Both the position numbers and the translations under genes were made by a program. A DNA stretch of 64,000 nucleotides from Malacoraja senta (Eukaryota), in NCBI GenBank assembly GCA_038087875.1, contig CM075989.1:1116001-1180000 (forward strand), given 5' to 3'. Below, piece by piece: positions 62,685 through 64,000 of the stretch. Within the stretch, counting starts at the first letter, position 1. Each line of letters opens with the position of its first letter. Under the pieces are notes generated by a model, which was given only the letters and a program-made list of their open reading frames with translations, searched no databases and was not told where the DNA came from.

Positions 62685-62894
62685 AATGGAACAGCAGGCG
62701 AGCTGCGGACAGTGGCTACATCCACAGGCTCTTGAAACTATATGAGGACTGGCATCAGCGAGACAACAGCAAACCATTATGTTCCCATCCAGCGGGGCTC
62801 TGCTCAAATGCATCAACAACATCACCAGTCTCCGCAAGGGAAGAAATCCTTTCTCGAGGCTGATGGGATGAGCGTCCTGCTCAACACCTCACGG
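62685..62894 (+). CDS. AGBL1: AGBL1 coding exon 7, three apparent indels (corrected KWNSRRAADSGYIHRLLKLYEDWHQRDTANHYVPIQRALLKCINNITSLRxGKKSFLEADGMSVLLNTSR)
   Basis: tttcag acceptor and CGG|gtaagt donor; DWH..DTAN.YV.I and FL...GM motifs spread over three frames; 210 nt versus 209 expected from recalled orthologue length. Confidence 0.88.
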
Positions 62895-62984
62895 GTAAGT
62901 TTTCTCAGCCCCAAGATAACACAAAATGTCCACGGCTTAATCTTTGTCCTTGTACCACATTGTGGGGGAGTTTCAGAAAGTGTA

Positions 62985-64000
62985 GGTCATCGAGTCATAG
63001 CGTGATACAGCATGGAAACAGGCCCTTCAACCCAACGTTTCTATAATGACCAACGTGTCCCATCTGCAGTCGTCCCACCTGCCTGCATATGACCCATATC
63101 CGTCTAAACCCGTCCTATCCATGTACATGTCTAAATGTTTAAATGCACCTCCAGTTTAAATTCCATTTGGAATATTTTGGAGGACCAAGAAACCAAGAAC
63201 CAAGAAACACTGTGATAGTACCTGCCTCATCTACCTCCTCTGACAGCCTGTTACATACACCTAGTGGAATCAAGGAGTATGAGGAGAAGGCAGGCACTGG
63301 TTACTGATTGTGAATGATCAGCCATGAACACAATGAATGGCAGTGCTGGCTCGAAGGGCCAAATGGCTTCCTCCTGCACCTATTTTCTATGTTTCTATGT
63401 TTACCACCCTTTGTGTGAAAAAATCACCCCTCAGTTTCCTATAAATCTTGCCCTTAAACCTATATCCTCTGGTACTTGATTTCCTTTCTCTGAGCAAGAG
63501 ACTCTGAGCTTCTACCCGATCTATTCCTCTCATGATTTTATGCACCTCTATAAGAAGAGCCTTGTCTTCCTGTGCTGCAAGGAAGGTAGTCCCTGAGGCC
63601 CCATGAGGCGCTAGTTAGGCTGCATTTGGAATATTTGTGTGCAATTTTAGGCCACCATATCTGAGGAAGAATGTGTTGGCTCTGGAGAGTCCAGGGGAGG
63701 TTGACAAGAATGATCCCAGGAAAGAGTAAAATTAACCTATGATGAGCATTTGTTGGCACTGGGCTTGTACTCACTGGAGTTTAAGATGAATGAGGGGGGA
63801 CCTCATTGAAACATACAGAATAGTGAAAGGTTATAGAATAGAGTAGATGTGGAGAGGATGTTTCCACTAGTGAGAAAATCTAGGACTAGAAGTCATAGCC
63901 TCAGAATTAAAGGACGTTCTTTAGGAAGGAGATGAGGAGACATTTATTTAGTCAATGTGGTGAATCTGTGGAACTCTTTGCCACAGAAGGCTTTGAAGGC
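62985..64000. mobile_element. HER1 (minus) and CR1 (plus) 3' fragments in AGBL1 intron 7
   Basis: Homology to other copies in the window. Confidence 0.8.

Noticed and set aside
30242..62894. Calling the gene AGTPBP1/CCP1
   Set aside because: The short MAE..GL.VLL.TL start and the KGGSEALL and DTAN.YV motifs fit recalled AGBL1 better; a reciprocal BLAST would settle it
61575..62894. Net +3 of the five indels as programmed or compensatory frameshifting
   Set aside because: An in-frame stop occurs at 61606 before the frame is restored; the pattern fits sequencing error

Overview
Eukaryotic, repeat-dense vertebrate DNA. The HE1-type V-SINEs and HER1/CR1 LINEs point to a cartilaginous fish, probably a skate or ray (inference). 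One host gene is present: the first seven coding exons of AGBL1 (cytosolic carboxypeptidase 4) on the + strand, 30242-62894, continuing past the window. Exons 1-5 are clean. Exons 6-7, just after an assembly gap, carry five apparent single-base indels that are probably consensus errors. The rest is a nested transposon mosaic: two end-to-end DIRS1-type tyrosine-recombinase retrotransposons with both termini and the internal complementary region, three non-autonomous Helitrons of one family, two hAT-type, one Harbinger-type and one Tc1/mariner-type MITE, a young 5'-truncated L1, two Tx1 fragments, Penelope-like fragments with hammerhead-like palindromic repeats, Rex1, many CR1/HER1 pieces and about 15 SINE copies. 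There are two 200-N gaps and a ~630-bp near-identical duplication next to one of them. Best leads: (1) a position-conserved GT-AG intron in the 5' leader of both divergent DIRS elements; (2) near-pristine DIRS termini around ruined ORFs, suggesting mobilisation in trans; (3) a Helitron family with variable cargo; (4) hammerhead-like motifs in Penelope-derived palindromes. All family names come from recognising motifs by eye; no database search was run, and many repeat boundaries are approximate.
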